A DNA stretch of 63,721 bases, filler included, from Octopus bimaculoides (lineage: Eukaryota): NCBI RefSeq assembly GCF_001194135.2. It is 7 parts of 7 records of this genome, joined end to end, with 100 filler letters (N's around TTAATTAATTAA, not from the genome) between each part and the next. Parts side by side here need not be neighbours in the genome. Positions count along the whole stretch, not along the records: positions 62,051 to 63,721 come from NW_026376440.1; 6 more parts are not named here. One strand, 5' to 3'. Below are positions 62,169 through 63,721 of the stretch, one piece after another. How positions within the stretch are numbered: position 1 is the first letter of the stretch; each line of letters starts with the position of its first letter. The notes under the pieces are model-generated. The model was given only the letters and a program-made list of their open reading frames with translations, made no database searches and was not told the DNA's origin. The position numbers and the translations under genes are program-made.

Positions 62169-63304
62169 GCGATCTATCTGTCTATCTATCTATATGTATA
62201 TGTATACACACACATATCTATGTATGTATATGTAAGTAGGTTTGCACACCTACATTGTGTAAGAAGTTAACGGCAGAAACAATTTCTTAAGGTGGATTTC
62301 TGCCGTTCAGTTCTCATATATACGTACAAAGAAACATACATGCATACATACATACATGCATACATACCTAAGTACACACACACATACATACACACATATA
62401 TACATATGGTTGCGTGCCTTCAAATGTGTTTATACCACCTTACGGCAATTATGCTGGCGGCTGGGGAAAGATCAACACTGTATTCTATGTTAAAGGCGGC
62501 AATATGGTGTCGCCAATATTAGAATTACTTAATTCATATAACCATTCACATAAATATTGTGGCTGATAAACACAAGTAGGCGGGGCCCCACTATAACTGA
62601 AGAAAATTGCTTGAGGCCAGTAATACAAAAGCCATATAAATATGTACATCTAGACACTGACACATACGCGCACGCAAACAATTATTTGAAGTTTTATATT
62701 TCACGACCAAAAATAATACATGTGGTCGAATCATGAAACCAGTTTTACATCTATCCTGTCTTATATATTGTTTAAATTATTGCATTCTTAAAATATAGTT
62801 TTACTCGAATTCTGATGGTTATATGAATTGAGCAATTCTAATATTGGCGACACAATATATATCCCTTATAGAATTGCCTTAGGCCTGTGTTATCCAAATT
62901 TGAATTGCTTATTGATTATCGATTTAATATTCTTAGTAATTATTACTGAACGTTCAAATGAATACACATCTCTATCAGATTTAGGCAAAGAAAAATAACG
63001 TTTAAATGGATTATTTTATTAAATGACATGTTTTGTAGATATACCGACAGAAGTCACTCGGATTTATGAGGTTCCATTCCATTACCCGATTAAGGAGGCT
63101 TCTCGTCTTGAAAGATTTCCAATTACAATAACGTATATATCTGTGTGTGTATCCGTGTATGTATGTGCATATACCTGTATGAGTGCGCTTGTATGTATAT
63201 ATGTATGCACGTATGTGTGTGTGTATGTATTCGTGTGTATATACACACATATCAGGAGTGACTGTGTGGAAAGAAGCTTGCATTAAAATCACATAAATCC
63301 GGGT

Positions 63305-63640
63305 TGAGTCTTAGTGCGTAGCAGCTTGGGCAAGTATTTTCTGCCTTGGCCCCCGGTCGAACAAAGCATTGTGAGTAGATTTGCCAGACGGAAACTGAAA
63401 GAGGACCGCCCTATATATTTATTGTTTATATACCTATCTATGTGTATGTGTGTCTTCGTAAGTGTGTGTTCCTCACCAACATCCGACAACCGGTGTTGGT
63501 GTGTTTTCGTCCCCGTAAATGAGCGATAAAATATGCACCAGGCATTGAAAAATCAAGTTCTGTGGTCGACACATTCGACTAAATGTATTTGACGGTGGTG
63601 CCTTGGCATGCCACAGCCACGTGACTGCAACGAATACAAG
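63305..63640 (+). mobile_element. SINE family B, diverged copy
   Basis: cttgggcaagtattttctg...acggaaactgaaagag, internal microsatellite, then gacaaccggtgttggtgtgtttt... Confidence 0.75.
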
Positions 63641-63665
63641 AGGTGAAAGAGCTTAAGTTTGTATG

Positions 63666-63697
<32 letters not shown>

Positions 63698-63721
63698 CAT
63701 GCATACATATATATATATATA

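Overview
AT-rich, gap-ridden animal genomic scaffold. It is most likely octopus or another cephalopod, inferred from the SINE repertoire and extreme microsatellite load; this was not confirmed by any search. Most ORF-track entries are microsatellite or N-gap artefacts. Supportable genes: (1) the last three coding exons of a minus-strand NUDT6-like Nudix hydrolase (37541-37437, 34440-34238, 32902-32735); (2) a single long plus-strand ORF (44233-46170, 645 aa) with three isolated C2H2-like fingers and a C-terminal Ikaros/Hunchback/TRPS1-type finger pair but no tandem DNA-binding array; (3) a probable first coding exon of a membrane protein (20267-20097, minus). A degenerate histone H4 pseudogene (40629-40432), absent from the ORF track, lies upstream of the Nudix exons. 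The remainder is mobile DNA: several tRNA-derived SINE families, a Merlin-like MITE nested in a SINE, a nest of RTE, hAT, Gypsy, mariner, Penelope and Tc1 relics at 21.8-29.4 kb, and tandem and inverted repeats. The most unusual signals are minimal type I hammerhead-ribozyme motifs of the Penelope-like kind (5672-5754, 42007-42047, and a mirrored pair inside a ~400-bp fold-back at 51285-51688), and a 214-bp duplication across a gap that looks like filled and empty alleles of a retroposon insertion.
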